Virus record (IMG/VR): IMGVR_UViG_3300050821_004237 | Span: 4,872-68,871 of that record | Length of the DNA stretch: 64,000 nt | Source: a virus | Strand: one strand, 5' to 3' | In this document: positions 29,412 through 37,965 of the stretch, one piece after another | Layout: the number at the start of each line of letters is the position of its first letter | Numbering within the stretch: position 1 is the first letter of the stretch | Notes under the pieces: generated by a model | What the model was told of the DNA's origin: nothing | The model's database searches: none | What the model saw: only the letters and a program-made list of their open reading frames with translations | Made by a program: the position numbers and the translations under genes

Positions 29412-32236
29412 GCCGTCACATTAGCAAACTGCACGGGAGAATAGTTATCTACCGCATTTCCTCCCGATCCTGCTCCGGAAATTGCCGATAGCGCCATAGA
29501 GGATGGCATACCAGCCGAGGTCGTGGACCATAGTCCCATACCAGGTACGAACTGCATGCTGTTAGCGGGCACTTGACCGATCAAGCCCTGCAACTGCTGC
29601 CCAGGGCCCAATGGCACGACAACGTTGCTAAAGGACATACCATTCGTATTCACGAACGTCGTATTGGTCATTTGGCCGATGAATAGATCGAATCCGCCGG
29701 TGTAGTTGACGTTGATCGGTATCGATAGCCGCCTAATGCCAGTGATGGATGCGTTCGAGGCGTTGCTGGAATTCGTCATCGCGTAGGACTGCGAGCCGCT
29801 CGAGAGCAGCGTCAGGGTGGATGCATTCAGTGAATACAGGCCCACATACGCCGATATCGTCTGCGCCATTGTGGAGACCGCAAGCACTGCAGCAGAAGCT
29901 GAAATCATGATATCTGCGCGGCTCGCGGTGAACGGGAAAGGCGCAATTGCAGGATAAACTTGCACGCTTCCTAAGCCATTTTGCGTCACGGTCGTGCTCT
30001 GCACCGGGCCTAGAGGCTGGAAGAACGAGAGCTGCGGAATAGCAGCGCCAATCGAAATAGTTGATGCATTGACGACGACTGAAACTAATCCGGTGCCTGA
30101 AATAGAGGATGTTGCGGGGGCCGATAGCAACACAGATCCGTTCGACATGCCGCCGGATATCGCACCGCCCAAAGAATACGATATGGACTGGTCCGCCACG
30201 GTGCTGCTGGAAGATTGGCCAACGGTATTTCCCTGAAAGAATAGGGCCTGAGTTGTGGCGACAATTCCGCCAACGCTGCCGGCGGTGTTGGTGAAGCTAA
30301 CGCCATTGCCATTGGTGAAAGAAAGTGTTGAGAATGTTGACGATCCGCCGCCAGCCGAGAATGCTTGGCCAGATTGGGTATAGGATGCGGTTATCGCCTG
30401 TCCGGCACTGCTACCGAATGATATTCCATTTGCGTTGCTAAATGAGATCGTGCCTGACGTGTAGGTAGTGTTTGAGACGATGACACCGCTGATGCCAGTC
30501 TGCGCGCCACCTGCATTCGCGCCGCTGATCGTGATAGTCTGCGCGCCAGCCGCGCCGCTCGAGACGGACAGGGTAATGTTATTTCCGCCCGCTAATACAA
30601 TCTGTCCGCTATAGATGCCGGTATTGCCGAGAGTATTACCACCCGTTGAGACACCGGCCGACAGTTGCGCGCCTCCTCCTGCGCCAGCGCTGATCGTTAC
30701 AGAAGCGCCGTTTTGGGACAGCGTAATATTGTTTCCGCCAGCGAGTACTAATGTTCCTGAACTGACGTTAGAGTACCCCGCGCCCGCGGAAGTGCTATTA
30801 CCTCCAATGGATATTGCCGCCGCGTTCGCCCCTAGCGAAATCGTTGAACCCGCGACGGCAACGCTGAGATTGCCAGTCCCGGAAATGCTCGAGGTAGCTG
30901 GTGCATTGATGGTGATTGTGGCAGCAGAGCCTGCAGCGCCGGTCGCCTGGGATAGAGATATAGGCCCGGAACCCACGAGGACCACGTTGCCAGTGGATAC
31001 CGTGCCAGTGGCACCTGCGGTGTTTCCGGCAGTTGAGACGCCAAAGTTAACGCCGCCGCCCCCGCCACCAGCCGCGCCGCTGATGACATACGAGCCATTG
31101 GATACCCCTACTGAGACGTTGCCAGCGCCAGCGAGCGTCAATTGGCCGATGGTTTGCGTGCCGCTGGTGCCTAAGGTTGTATTGGACGCGGCAAACATCG
31201 ACTGCGATATGCCGGTTGTGGCTGGCGCCGAGATGATCAAGCTATTCGAGGACCAGCCAGCCGATATCAACCCAGCCGCAGAGATATTGAAGGAATTTAA
31301 GGGATACGCGCTCGAACTGCTTTGGCCCGTGGTATTGCCGGCGACGAAAATATCCCCAGAAGCGCCAGAATTAGAGGCCCCCGAGATGAAGATCGAGGCC
31401 CCTGACTGTCCAATCAGCACATTTCCCTGGCCAACCAGAGTGAGCGAGCGTGCATCGTAGGTGGACGAAGAGGATTGCCCGTAGGTCTGGGAAGAGCCGT
31501 AAAGCCCAATCGTTTGTACCGTCTGACTAGGCACGTTGATCGACACTGTGCCGGAGCCTCCCGCTGCAGATCCAGAGAGCGTGACATTATTTCCGCCCAC
31601 CAGCACGAGCTGCTGCGACTGCACGCCGGTTATACCAGCGGAATTGCCACCAGTGGAAATGCCAGCCCCGGAGAACAGTGGCGGCAGCGTGGGCGCTGAG
31701 ATAAGGATTGATCCGCCGCTCCAGCCTGCCGATACCAAGCCGCTGGCGACAATCGAGAGCGATCGCGCATCGTGGGTATTCGAAGTCGATTGGCCGGTGG
31801 TATTGCCAAACAGGTACACGCCATCGGTTTGATTCGACTGCGAAGCCGTGGCTGTGATGGTGCCGTTATTTAGGCCAAATGAGACGTTATTGGCATTGCC
31901 GAAGGTCACGCCGCCGAAGGCTCCAGAGGTCGTGCCGGCACTAATCGATAGGTTCGCTGCGGCAGCCGTATTAGCGGAGATAGTGACGGAGTTGCCGTTC
32001 TGCGAGAGGGTGACGTTGTTGCCGCCAGCCAAAAAGAGTGTTCCAGTGGATACCAGCGACAGCACGCCGGCAGTATTGCCGCCGAAGGACGCATTTATCC
32101 CCCCGCCTCCGCCGCCCCCACCACCGATGTCTGATACAGCAATGCTGAAATTCTGGCCGCCACGGGCAATAGGGATCGCATCACTCGGCTGTGCGGGTGA
32201 GCCTGCCGGCAGTTCGGATATCTTCTCGTTTGCCAT
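29408..32236 (-). CDS. long Ser/Gly/Thr-rich fibre protein
   Basis: 942 aa; N-terminal KISELP domain; internal GGNN(V/I)TLS and GQSSSS repeats. Confidence 0.72.
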   Translation of the reverse strand: MANEKISELPAGSPAQPSDAIPIARGGQNFSIAVSDIGGGGGGGGGINASFGGNTAGVLSLVSTGTLFLAGGNNVTLSQNGNSVTISANTAAAANLSISAGTTSGAFGGVTFGNANNVSFGLNNGTITATASQSNQTDGVYLFGNTTGQSTSNTHDARSLSIVASGLVSAGWSGGSILISAPTLPPLFSGAGISTGGNSAGITGVQSQQLVLVGGNNVTLSGSAAGGSGTVSINVPSQTVQTIGLYGSSQTYGQSSSSTYDARSLTLVGQGNVLIGQSGASIFISGASNSGASGDIFVAGNTTGQSSSSAYPLNSFNISAAGLISAGWSSNSLIISAPATTGISQSMFAASNTTLGTSGTQTIGQLTLAGAGNVSVGVSNGSYVISGAAGGGGGGVNFGVSTAGNTAGATGTVSTGNVVLVGSGPISLSQATGAAGSAATITINAPATSSISGTGNLSVAVAGSTISLGANAAAISIGGNSTSAGAGYSNVSSGTLVLAGGNNITLSQNGASVTISAGAGGGAQLSAGVSTGGNTLGNTGIYSGQIVLAGGNNITLSVSSGAAGAQTITISGANAGGAQTGISGVIVSNTTYTSGTISFSNANGISFGSSAGQAITASYTQSGQAFSAGGGSSTFSTLSFTNGNGVSFTNTAGSVGGIVATTQALFFQGNTVGQSSSSTVADQSISYSLGGAISGGMSNGSVLLSAPATSSISGTGLVSVVVNASTISIGAAIPQLSFFQPLGPVQSTTVTQNGLGSVQVYPAIAPFPFTASRADIMISASAAVLAVSTMAQTISAYVGLYSLNASTLTLLSSGSQSYAMTNSSNASNASITGIRRLSIPINVNYTGGFDLFIGQMTNTTFVNTNGMSFSNVVVPLGPGQQLQGLIGQVPANSMQFVPGMGLWSTTSAGMPSSMALSAISGAGSGGNAVDNYSPVQFANVTA

Positions 32237-32578
32237 TTAGTATGGCACCGAGCTCGCCTGGACCACCGTCGCTGTTACGCCGTTACCGGCAGTGCCAACG
32301 GTTTGATTGATGCTGATGAATAATGGTATTGCAGTGAGGATGGTGTAAATAGATGTCGTAGCCCCTGTCGCGGCGACGTCGGGCGATGGAAGCCAAGTCA
32401 TTGATCCTTGCGCCACCGGGTTCGTGGGGCTGTTTGGATCATCGTTTGAGACTTGTACCGAGTAAGTCGGCGCACCGGTTATGACGCAGGCGATGGATAT
32501 CTGCCCAGGCGCCCAGTCATCCATGCGCGCTAGATTAGACCTGCCTACGCCGTTTGTCGTGATTACTATGGGACGCAT
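32237..32578 (-). CDS. virion structural protein
   Basis: 113 aa; YSVQVSNDDP motif; GGAG RBS. Confidence 0.6.
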   Translation of the reverse strand: MRPIVITTNGVGRSNLARMDDWAPGQISIACVITGAPTYSVQVSNDDPNSPTNPVAQGSMTWLPSPDVAATGATTSIYTILTAIPLFISINQTVGTAGNGVTATVVQASSVPY

Positions 32579-32591
32579 TTATCTACTCTCC

Positions 32592-32622
32592 AAAATGAAA
32601 CGGGCCCCGCATGAGGGCCCGC
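32592..32622 (-). terminator. Rho-independent terminator after the head operon
   Basis: GCGGGCCCTC-ATGC-GGGGCCCGT stem-loop followed by TTCATTTT on the minus strand. Confidence 0.75.
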
Positions 32623-32662
32623 TTCGCTACACCTGGGCCTGCCGGCGCCCCGCGGCTTTCTT

Positions 32663-33019
32663 TCAGTCCTCACCCATCGAGTATTCGCCCTTCATCAGCT
32701 TGCGCCCCGGCGCATCCTCACCCTTGAGCGCGCTAGTGAAAGGGTGCGCTTCTGAGCCGGTGCGACCGCCGCTCTTGCGAGGTTTGCGGCCGGCGTGCAT
32801 GTTCGGCTTATCGCCCGTGACTTTCGGCTCATCCGAGCCGTGCTTCTCCGGACCGAAGCCTGCCTTACCACCGCGCTTCTTCTTCGCGCGACCGCCTTTC
32901 TTCATCTCTTCGGCTTCCGAGTCGATGTTCTTGGCGTTGGTGCGCGCTTCGTTCTTGGTCTTCGCGTCCTCTTCGGGTTCGTTCACGCCGCCAGTTTCTC
33001 GATGCTTTCTGCCTTTCAT
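32663..33019 (-). CDS. basic low-complexity protein with xxxGG motifs (putative internal head protein)
   Basis: GGAG RBS before ATG 33019; MKKGGRA, KKRGGK, RKSGGR. Confidence 0.7.
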   Translation of the reverse strand: MKGRKHRETGGVNEPEEDAKTKNEARTNAKNIDSEAEEMKKGGRAKKKRGGKAGFGPEKHGSDEPKVTGDKPNMHAGRKPRKSGGRTGSEAHPFTSALKGEDAPGRKLMKGEYSMGED

Positions 33020-33039
33020 TCGATTACTCCGAAGCCAAT

Positions 33040-33573
33040 TTAGGACGCGAGATTTATTCCCTGCAAATAAGATACCGTCAACGTGCCCACAAACGTATTC
33101 GTTGCGGTGAATGTAACCGTAATCTGCACATCGGTGTTGCCAACGTTGTCCCATAGCAGCGCCTGCGCGGAAGTGCTTGGCGATATCCCTGTCGCTTGCT
33201 GACCCAAGGTCACCGTGGTGCCAACGGTGCCTGCGGTGAGCGCGGTTGTGCCTCCGGCGCTCGTGCCGATGCCAAACGTGCCGGTACCCACAGTGGTGGT
33301 CATCATGTAAATATCGATGATCTGGCTCTGCGCCGGGATGACGATCGTTGTAGTGAAAGTGGTCGCAGCATTCGTGACGCCAGCTTGGGACTGCGACATC
33401 TGCACGTAGCCCTGATTGGCCGTGCCGACGTTGGTTTCGCCAACTGCCGCGAGCGTGCCAGAGCCATCGGAATGGATGATGTTGCCAGCGATCAAAGGAC
33501 CCGTGAAGACGGTTCCCGGAAAAATCGGGGAACCTGCCGGATTTGGACTCTGACCACCGTTGATATCGCTCAC
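33040..33573 (-). CDS. head decoration/accessory virion protein
   Basis: TVFTGPLIAG and IPAQSQIIDI...V.YLQ motifs; immediately after the MCP. Confidence 0.65.
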   Translation of the reverse strand: MSDINGGQSPNPAGSPIFPGTVFTGPLIAGNIIHSDGSGTLAAVGETNVGTANQGYVQMSQSQAGVTNAATTFTTTIVIPAQSQIIDIYMMTTTVGTGTFGIGTSAGGTTALTAGTVGTTVTLGQQATGISPSTSAQALLWDNVGNTDVQITVTFTATNTFVGTLTVSYLQGINLAS

Positions 33574-33585
33574 GTGGCGGTCCCC

Positions 33586-34500
33586 TTATGTCGTCGGGAA
33601 GAAGCCGAAGGCGGCTCGGGGGTTAAAATAGCTAAAACTTAGTCTTTGATAGCCCTTCACAAGGAGGTTGTCAGTAGTGAAGTCCACCTGCATATCCGTT
33701 TCAAACGGAATTCTGCTCATGAACGCCAATCCAGCGATGTTGGTCAACAGGAACCACGCGAAGTTGGAGGTGAGGAAGTCCATGACCATGTAGCCTTCCG
33801 GCACGCCGCCGGCCGTGGTCAGGATCGCGTTCACGTCGTTGTCCGCGGTGCCGGGGCGAAGCTCGGTCTTCAGCAGCCGAATCGCAACCGGTTCTAACGT
33901 CGGCGGCACGATCAACTTGCGGCCGCGCGAGAACATCTTCAGGCCCGCTTGGTCCTTGAAGTTCGTGCGAATCGAGATCATGCCATTAAGCAGCGTCGCT
34001 TCGTTCAAATCGACCTGCGTCGCCGGTGTGTTGGCGAACGTCCCGCCATCGATCGGATGCGCGGTTGAGAAAAGGGCCACACCATCGCCACCGATTGCCG
34101 CGTTGTAGGTCGTGCCGGTATTGAGCACATTGGCGCCGTAGATTTCCAGCGCCTGGCTGAATGACTCAATCAACCCCAGGTTAGAGGGGTGAAACTGCGT
34201 CTTGTACAGATTGTCATCGATCGCCTTGCGGGTGATCGCATAGCCCAACCCCAGTTCGATGTGCTCCTGGTTGTAGACGTAGCGTTCGCCGGCGTTGTTA
34301 TCGAAGCCGGTTTGGCCGCCTTCGGTCTTCAGCTGCGCGAGGCCTAGATACCTCATCTCGGCTGTACGTTCAAGCGCTAACTTGCTGTCAAACTTGGTGA
34401 AAACTTTAGAATATTGATTTGGGATTTGCTCGTACTTTCCACTGATCCCCCTAAGGCCAGGAAGCAAGAGGTCTTTTATTGCTGAAAGATTAACGGCCAT
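33586..34500 (-). CDS. major capsid protein
   Basis: 304 aa; LLLPGL, K.EG, GYAITRKAIDDNLY, GDGVALFSTAHP, LIVPP, AWFLLT motifs; position after scaffold and decoration genes. Confidence 0.88.
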   Translation of the reverse strand: MAVNLSAIKDLLLPGLRGISGKYEQIPNQYSKVFTKFDSKLALERTAEMRYLGLAQLKTEGGQTGFDNNAGERYVYNQEHIELGLGYAITRKAIDDNLYKTQFHPSNLGLIESFSQALEIYGANVLNTGTTYNAAIGGDGVALFSTAHPIDGGTFANTPATQVDLNEATLLNGMISIRTNFKDQAGLKMFSRGRKLIVPPTLEPVAIRLLKTELRPGTADNDVNAILTTAGGVPEGYMVMDFLTSNFAWFLLTNIAGLAFMSRIPFETDMQVDFTTDNLLVKGYQRLSFSYFNPRAAFGFFPTT

Positions 34501-35014
34501 TGACGGTCTCCAGAGCCACTATGTGTGCCCAACTTTGTCCTGTGCGAATCCGCCAAATATGTGTTGACGACACGCCGTATTTTTCGGCTAAAACTTTCTG
34601 AGAAATATTCGGAGATGATTTTATGAATTTAACATCATCTTCCGTGAGACGAGATGTTCCAATCTGCTCTCCGCGTACATCGCGCCGCTTTCGCGAGTCA
34701 CGATCCGCCATGTTTTCCTTGACGGTTCCGGGTCGAAGATGCGCCGGATTTATGCACGAAGGCGTATCGCACGCGTGCAAGATATGAAGCCCTTCAGGTA
34801 TCGGACCGACGAAAACTTCGTAGCTAACGCGATGTGTCAACCTGGTGTTATTAACCATGTTGAACATCCCGTAACCCTTACCGTTAGTCGCGCCAATCCA
34901 GAGCCAGCAGCCGCTTTCGCCAAGACGACACTGATGAAACAGTTTCGCCTTAAGCAAGTCGTTCGCAGAAACTTTCTCGAACGGTACGTACTGGTTGAAA
35001 GGAATCTCTCTCAC
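34490..35014 (-). CDS. HNH homing endonuclease
   Basis: CWLWIG...GYG...HRVSY...ILHACDTPSCINPAHLRPGT..EN; C-terminal HTH. Confidence 0.92.
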   Translation of the reverse strand: MREIPFNQYVPFEKVSANDLLKAKLFHQCRLGESGCWLWIGATNGKGYGMFNMVNNTRLTHRVSYEVFVGPIPEGLHILHACDTPSCINPAHLRPGTVKENMADRDSRKRRDVRGEQIGTSRLTEDDVKFIKSSPNISQKVLAEKYGVSSTHIWRIRTGQSWAHIVALETVNGR

Positions 35015-35016
35015 GA

Positions 35017-35631
35017 TTATGCGACCACGCTCAGCGTGACTCTGTTTTCCATGTTATTAAAGGCTACGACCACGTAGTTGAAAGCACCCGCCTGCGTGCC
35101 CTGCTGTCCTGGAGGGTCGAGTACCAATTTCACCATGCGCCATGGCAGAGTCGCTGTGACCGCGGCCGTGGTTCCCGGCGTAATGAAGGCGCCAGAGAGG
35201 CCGTTGGCGACGTTGCCGCCCGAGACGTTGTGATTGACGTTCGCGCCCATTTGCGCCTGCGTCGCGCCCGTGGCGTCCGACTGAACCACGAACTGCGCGA
35301 GCGGATCGTTGATCACGTACGCTTCGATGGTGGACTGCGCCGTTGAGGCTACATCGGTGCCTGGCCAGTAGTTGCTCCACACCGTGCGCTTTTGCGAGGT
35401 TGAGAGATATTTGCAGCCCTGGAAGACGCCGCAAGTCGCGACCGCCGTGGCAGTCGTTGAAGGAATGATGGTGCCATCGCCTGCGCCGGCGCGCTGCACT
35501 GGGTCGCCGTAGAAAATTGCAGCGGCGTTGAAGTCGATGCCGCCATTCGCAAACGTAGTTTGCTCCATGGTCGGCGATGAGCCGGTGCCTTGGAACTGGC
35601 GGAAGCCGAAAGGACTTGACACATTTGGCAC
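35017..35631 (-). CDS. head decoration/cement-like protein
   Basis: PFGF, IFYGDPV, GVFQGCKY, V.NDP..F.VQ motifs; AGGAG RBS; upstream of the MCP. Confidence 0.7.
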   Translation of the reverse strand: MPNVSSPFGFRQFQGTGSSPTMEQTTFANGGIDFNAAAIFYGDPVQRAGAGDGTIIPSTTATAVATCGVFQGCKYLSTSQKRTVWSNYWPGTDVASTAQSTIEAYVINDPLAQFVVQSDATGATQAQMGANVNHNVSGGNVANGLSGAFITPGTTAAVTATLPWRMVKLVLDPPGQQGTQAGAFNYVVVAFNNMENRVTLSVVA

Positions 35632-35758
35632 GCGAATCTCCTACTGGAGTCGCATAGCCACCGGGGATATGTGGGACCCGAAAATCTTACTTCTAACGAA
35701 CCGCACCTGGCAGTTCAATCTTCGTAGGTGCTAGTTATCCTACATGGAATATAGAAAG

Positions 35759-36418
35759 TCAAGCATTGCGCCATGATTTACCTGCTGGTGTTGTCAATAT
35801 TTCTTTTGGCGTCCAGCCAGCATGAAATCTAGCTTCTAAAGTTCTGCGGTTAATTCCGACACGGATGGACCACTCGGCAACAGTTAGAGTTAGCCCATCA
35901 AACGTGATTTTCACACTACTGCGCCTGTTTCTAGCCTGATCAATTCGCGTCTTCCACGCACAATTTTCCTTGAAATATCCCTTGTCATTATCCAATCGAT
36001 CGATTGTCAATCCAGACGGCGGTTCGCCCATATCTTCAAGGAAATTCTCAAATTCAAACCATCGTTCGCACACTGTTATGCCGCGCGCGCCGTAATCCTC
36101 ATACGCTGGATTTTTAGGATTCGTGCACCTGCCGAGCATAGAGCACCAAACCTTATAAATTCTGGTTTTGTTATATCGCGGCGCGTGACCATGCTTAGTG
36201 CTTCTTTTCGCGGTCACTTCTGCCTGAAGGCATCCGCAACTGCGACTGTGGCCGCTTCTTAATTTTTGTTCGGCAACGAATTGAATTTTCCCGCAATCAC
36301 ACTGACACAGGCGAAAACGTATGTTCGTTCCAGACGGATACGTGCGAATTTCAGTAGTTTCTAGGGTGGTCCAGCGAGCAAAACGTTCGCCAGTAATGAT
36401 AGGCTTCGCAGCAGGCAT
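35759..36418 (-). CDS. HNH-type homing endonuclease
   Basis: CQCDCG, SRSCGC, YGARGITVCERW, TIDRLDNDKGY..ENC.W, Q..NRR; GGAG RBS. Confidence 0.9.
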   Translation of the reverse strand: MPAAKPIITGERFARWTTLETTEIRTYPSGTNIRFRLCQCDCGKIQFVAEQKLRSGHSRSCGCLQAEVTAKRSTKHGHAPRYNKTRIYKVWCSMLGRCTNPKNPAYEDYGARGITVCERWFEFENFLEDMGEPPSGLTIDRLDNDKGYFKENCAWKTRIDQARNRRSSVKITFDGLTLTVAEWSIRVGINRRTLEARFHAGWTPKEILTTPAGKSWRNA

Positions 36419-36448
36419 GACGGTCTCCAATCCAGATCGTTGAGCTTA

Positions 36449-36490
36449 GGATGTCGCGGTGTATCAGCACCGCGGCGTCCGTTAATTATA
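36449..36490. promoter_or_regulatory. TATAAT element plus 13-bp hairpin in the HNH leader
   Basis: minus-strand TATAAT at 36485-36490; inverted repeat 36449-36480. Confidence 0.55.
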
Positions 36491-36492
36491 AG

Positions 36493-36672
36493 CTAATGCG
36501 TGCCGTAAGTCGCGTGTAATTGGATGCCGCTGACCATCAGTGACAGTAGCCAAAGTGCCATACCGAGCCAGCCCCAAACCGGACGCTGAGGTGGTCCGCC
36601 GAAGAGATTGAACGCGGCGAAAAATAGAAAGACCAGTGCGAAGAGTTGGATTATTAGCGGGATTATATTCAT
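36493..36672 (-). CDS. small two-TM membrane protein (59 aa, not in ORF track)
   Basis: MNIIPLIIQLFALVFLFFAAFNLF...WGWLGMALWLLSLMV; ATGA overlap. Confidence 0.7.
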   Translation of the reverse strand: MNIIPLIIQLFALVFLFFAAFNLFGGPPQRPVWGWLGMALWLLSLMVSGIQLHATYGTH

Positions 36673-36869
36673 CTTCGCACCGGAGTTAGGACTGGGCCCT
36701 GAGTGTCAAATTGAGCCGGAATGACGACTATTGCCGTGGATGGGAAATACTTTGGCGGACCAACGTCATCTAGGATTTCTTGCACCAACTCAAAGAGGCG
36801 GTCGAGTCTTTCATCGATCCGCCTCACGCGGTGCAATATGTCCATTTCCTCCCAAGTCAACAGTGTCAT
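36669..36869 (-). CDS. hypothetical protein
   Basis: 66 aa; short coiled coil. Confidence 0.6.
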   Translation of the reverse strand: MTLLTWEEMDILHRVRRIDERLDRLFELVQEILDDVGPPKYFPSTAIVVIPAQFDTQGPVLTPVRR

Positions 36870-36878
36870 GACGTGGGA

Positions 36879-37247
36879 CTACTTCGCTCGGCGAACGCTC
36901 GCGGCCGCTGCCACCGTCGCGGTGACCGGAGTCACGCTGATGCCGGTGCTCGGCAGGAAGTTCGCAGGCGTACCGGCTTCGGTGAATGCCTGGCTGATCG
37001 GCGTGCCCAAGGTGGCGCCATTCACGTCAAGGTCCGTGGCGACAACCGTGCCATTGCCCGGCGCGACTGAAGTCGAAAATGCCCACGGGGTCGGGGTTTC
37101 GACGCCGGTCAAAAGGACCGCGGCCTGCGCGACGCCGCTCGAGTCAGTGACCACGACGGAGGTGGAAGCGAACTGCGCGCCGGTCGGCGTGGCAATGGAG
37201 GCGCCCTTTTGGATGGCGACAATTACGGGGACAAGAGGGGTGGACAT
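36879..37247 (-). CDS. hypothetical beta-rich protein
   Basis: 122 aa; AAGGA RBS; upstream TGnTATGAT at 37303-37311. Confidence 0.7.
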   Translation of the reverse strand: MSTPLVPVIVAIQKGASIATPTGAQFASTSVVVTDSSGVAQAAVLLTGVETPTPWAFSTSVAPGNGTVVATDLDVNGATLGTPISQAFTEAGTPANFLPSTGISVTPVTATVAAAASVRRAK

Positions 37248-37353
37248 GTGATTTCCTTTATGGACTGATCGGTGGAAAAACCTAGGCGAAAACTACGCTT
37301 AAATCATAACAGCAATATGTCAGTGCTGACGCCGATGTGGCGTGAGCGTTGGA

Positions 37354-37965
37354 CTACTTCGGCACCGCAATCGACTCGCGATCACGCCGAATATTGGTGA
37401 GCGGCGTGCCCTTGTTGTCCCGGTCAAACGTTCCAGGAGGGGCGCCCTTCAACTGCTCTTCCTTCTGGCGCACCTGGGATGTCGCCTTGCGATGCTCGCG
37501 GGCGACCGCTTCAGCGGTGATGACTGCGGGGCGCTCCATCAACACCATGCCTTGACGGTCAATCGTGGTGCCTTTGTAGGTGTCTGGCATTAATTCAGGG
37601 TGACGGCTGGCTGGAACCGGCTCCCAGCCCTTCATCGCGATTTGCACCTGATAGCCGGGATCTTGAGCGCCAAGCACGGTAAAGCGCTTCCATTCATAGC
37701 TCCAGCCGTCGGGGACCATGCGCGGGTCGATGTAGAATTCATTCACACCGTCATCATCCAATCCTGCGCCCATGTGCTCATGGAGCTCGGCGGCGCGGCG
37801 CGCGGCGCGCGTGCGGGGGTCTTCTTCGGCGAAGGTCTCCGTGGGCTTAGGCTGTGGCGGCGTCACGGCGGCTGCACCGAGTCCGGCAGTTGGAAGCGGC
37901 GCGTGCGGGCCGGAGCGGCGGCGCGGGGGTTCGCCGATGATGGGGTCGTCGTTGTCGGTACTCAA
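37354..37965 (-). CDS. conserved head-module protein
   Basis: PDGWSYEWKR, GWEPVPASRHPE, GMVLMERP motifs; follows scaffold. Confidence 0.7.
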   Translation of the reverse strand: MSTDNDDPIIGEPPRRRSGPHAPLPTAGLGAAAVTPPQPKPTETFAEEDPRTRAARRAAELHEHMGAGLDDDGVNEFYIDPRMVPDGWSYEWKRFTVLGAQDPGYQVQIAMKGWEPVPASRHPELMPDTYKGTTIDRQGMVLMERPAVITAEAVAREHRKATSQVRQKEEQLKGAPPGTFDRDNKGTPLTNIRRDRESIAVPK

